DNA from: Heptranchias perlo
Lineage: Eukaryota
NCBI RefSeq assembly: GCF_035084215.1
Contig: NC_090342.1
Coordinates: forward strand, 9,114,001-9,178,000
Direction of reading: 5' to 3'
Length of the DNA stretch: 64,000 nucleotides
Numbering within the stretch: the stretch's first letter is position 1; the number at the start of each line of letters is the position of its first letter. The notes under the pieces were generated by a model. That model saw only the letters and a program-made list of their open reading frames with translations, ran no database searches and had not been told where the DNA came from. Shown piece after piece: positions 63,290 to 64,000 of the stretch. Both the position numbers and the translations under genes were made by a program.

Positions 63290-64000
63290 GTAAGTTATGT
63301 TTCTCCTTATTTTTATGAATGGCTCTAACAGTATGATTAGAGCATATTTGATTTAGCCTAAATACAACCAGCAGAAGATTTTTCAAGATCATAACCAATG
63401 TCTTTATTATGAATGTCAAGTTTTCTAAACATTAACAGCTCACCTCTTGAGCTACTGAAAATTTGAGTGCAGAAGTGACATGACCACAGCAGAAGCCTGT
63501 CAGGTATTTGAATGTGGAAGATGCAGGCAAATGTCTTCTTGTGTATTTTAGCACAGTAGTAGAGCTTCAGGGTGGCTTTTGCTGTCTCCCTTTCATAGAG
63601 GAGAGAAAGGTGACACTGAGCCAGTGCTGTTATGAAATTGCCCATACTGATTCGTCAGGTGACTAGTAGAATTTTCAGTTTTTGTGAGTCAGCAGCCTGA
63701 GTGAAAACAAATTGTGAGGAGACCTTGGAACTACTGCTACCGCTGGATCACTGCCACAGTTAATCTAATAATTTCAGTCATTTGGGCTGGAAAAGCTACT
63801 TGTTCATATGTTCAAATTAACAGTTTCATTGTCTGGTATTGGTTTATTGGTGAGGTAATGTCCCCCTTCCATTTCATAGTTCAAGGTTTATTTTTTAAAT
63901 CATTGGTACATAATTAGTATATGATACACAGGTATCCTATGCAACTCACTCTTCTGGATAATGTAATCACAGAAAAGTAAATTATTTCAATTGCAATCAG

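Overview
Eukaryotic genomic DNA from a vertebrate, most likely a shark or other cartilaginous fish (inferred from the repeat families and protein divergence). The window covers the conserved TTC41 <- -> HSP90B1 -> <- UQCC6(BRAWNIN/C12orf73) <- -> TDG neighbourhood. It holds six in-frame 5' coding exons of TTC41 (minus; DUF4062-like + NACHT-type P-loop; gene continues off the left edge), a complete 18-exon HSP90B1/GRP94 (794 aa, ends KDEL), a two-coding-exon 67-aa UQCC6 that the ORF track misses, and the first three coding exons of TDG. There are two CpG-rich bidirectional promoters; the first has an ERSE array on the HSP90B1 side and RFX X-box-like motifs on the TTC41 side. Introns and intergenic DNA are packed with transposons: three Harbinger copies with TIRs and 3-bp TSDs (one has an intact spliced Myb/SANT gene and a dead transposase), MITEs, two CR1-group LINE families, L2 tails, SINEs, Tx1-like tails and Penelope-like elements. 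The most unusual structure is a set of Penelope-derived minimal hammerhead-ribozyme motifs, including a TSD-flanked 191-bp palindrome with an intact hammerhead core on each strand. All calls were made by eye, and repeat boundaries are approximate unless a TIR or TSD is quoted.
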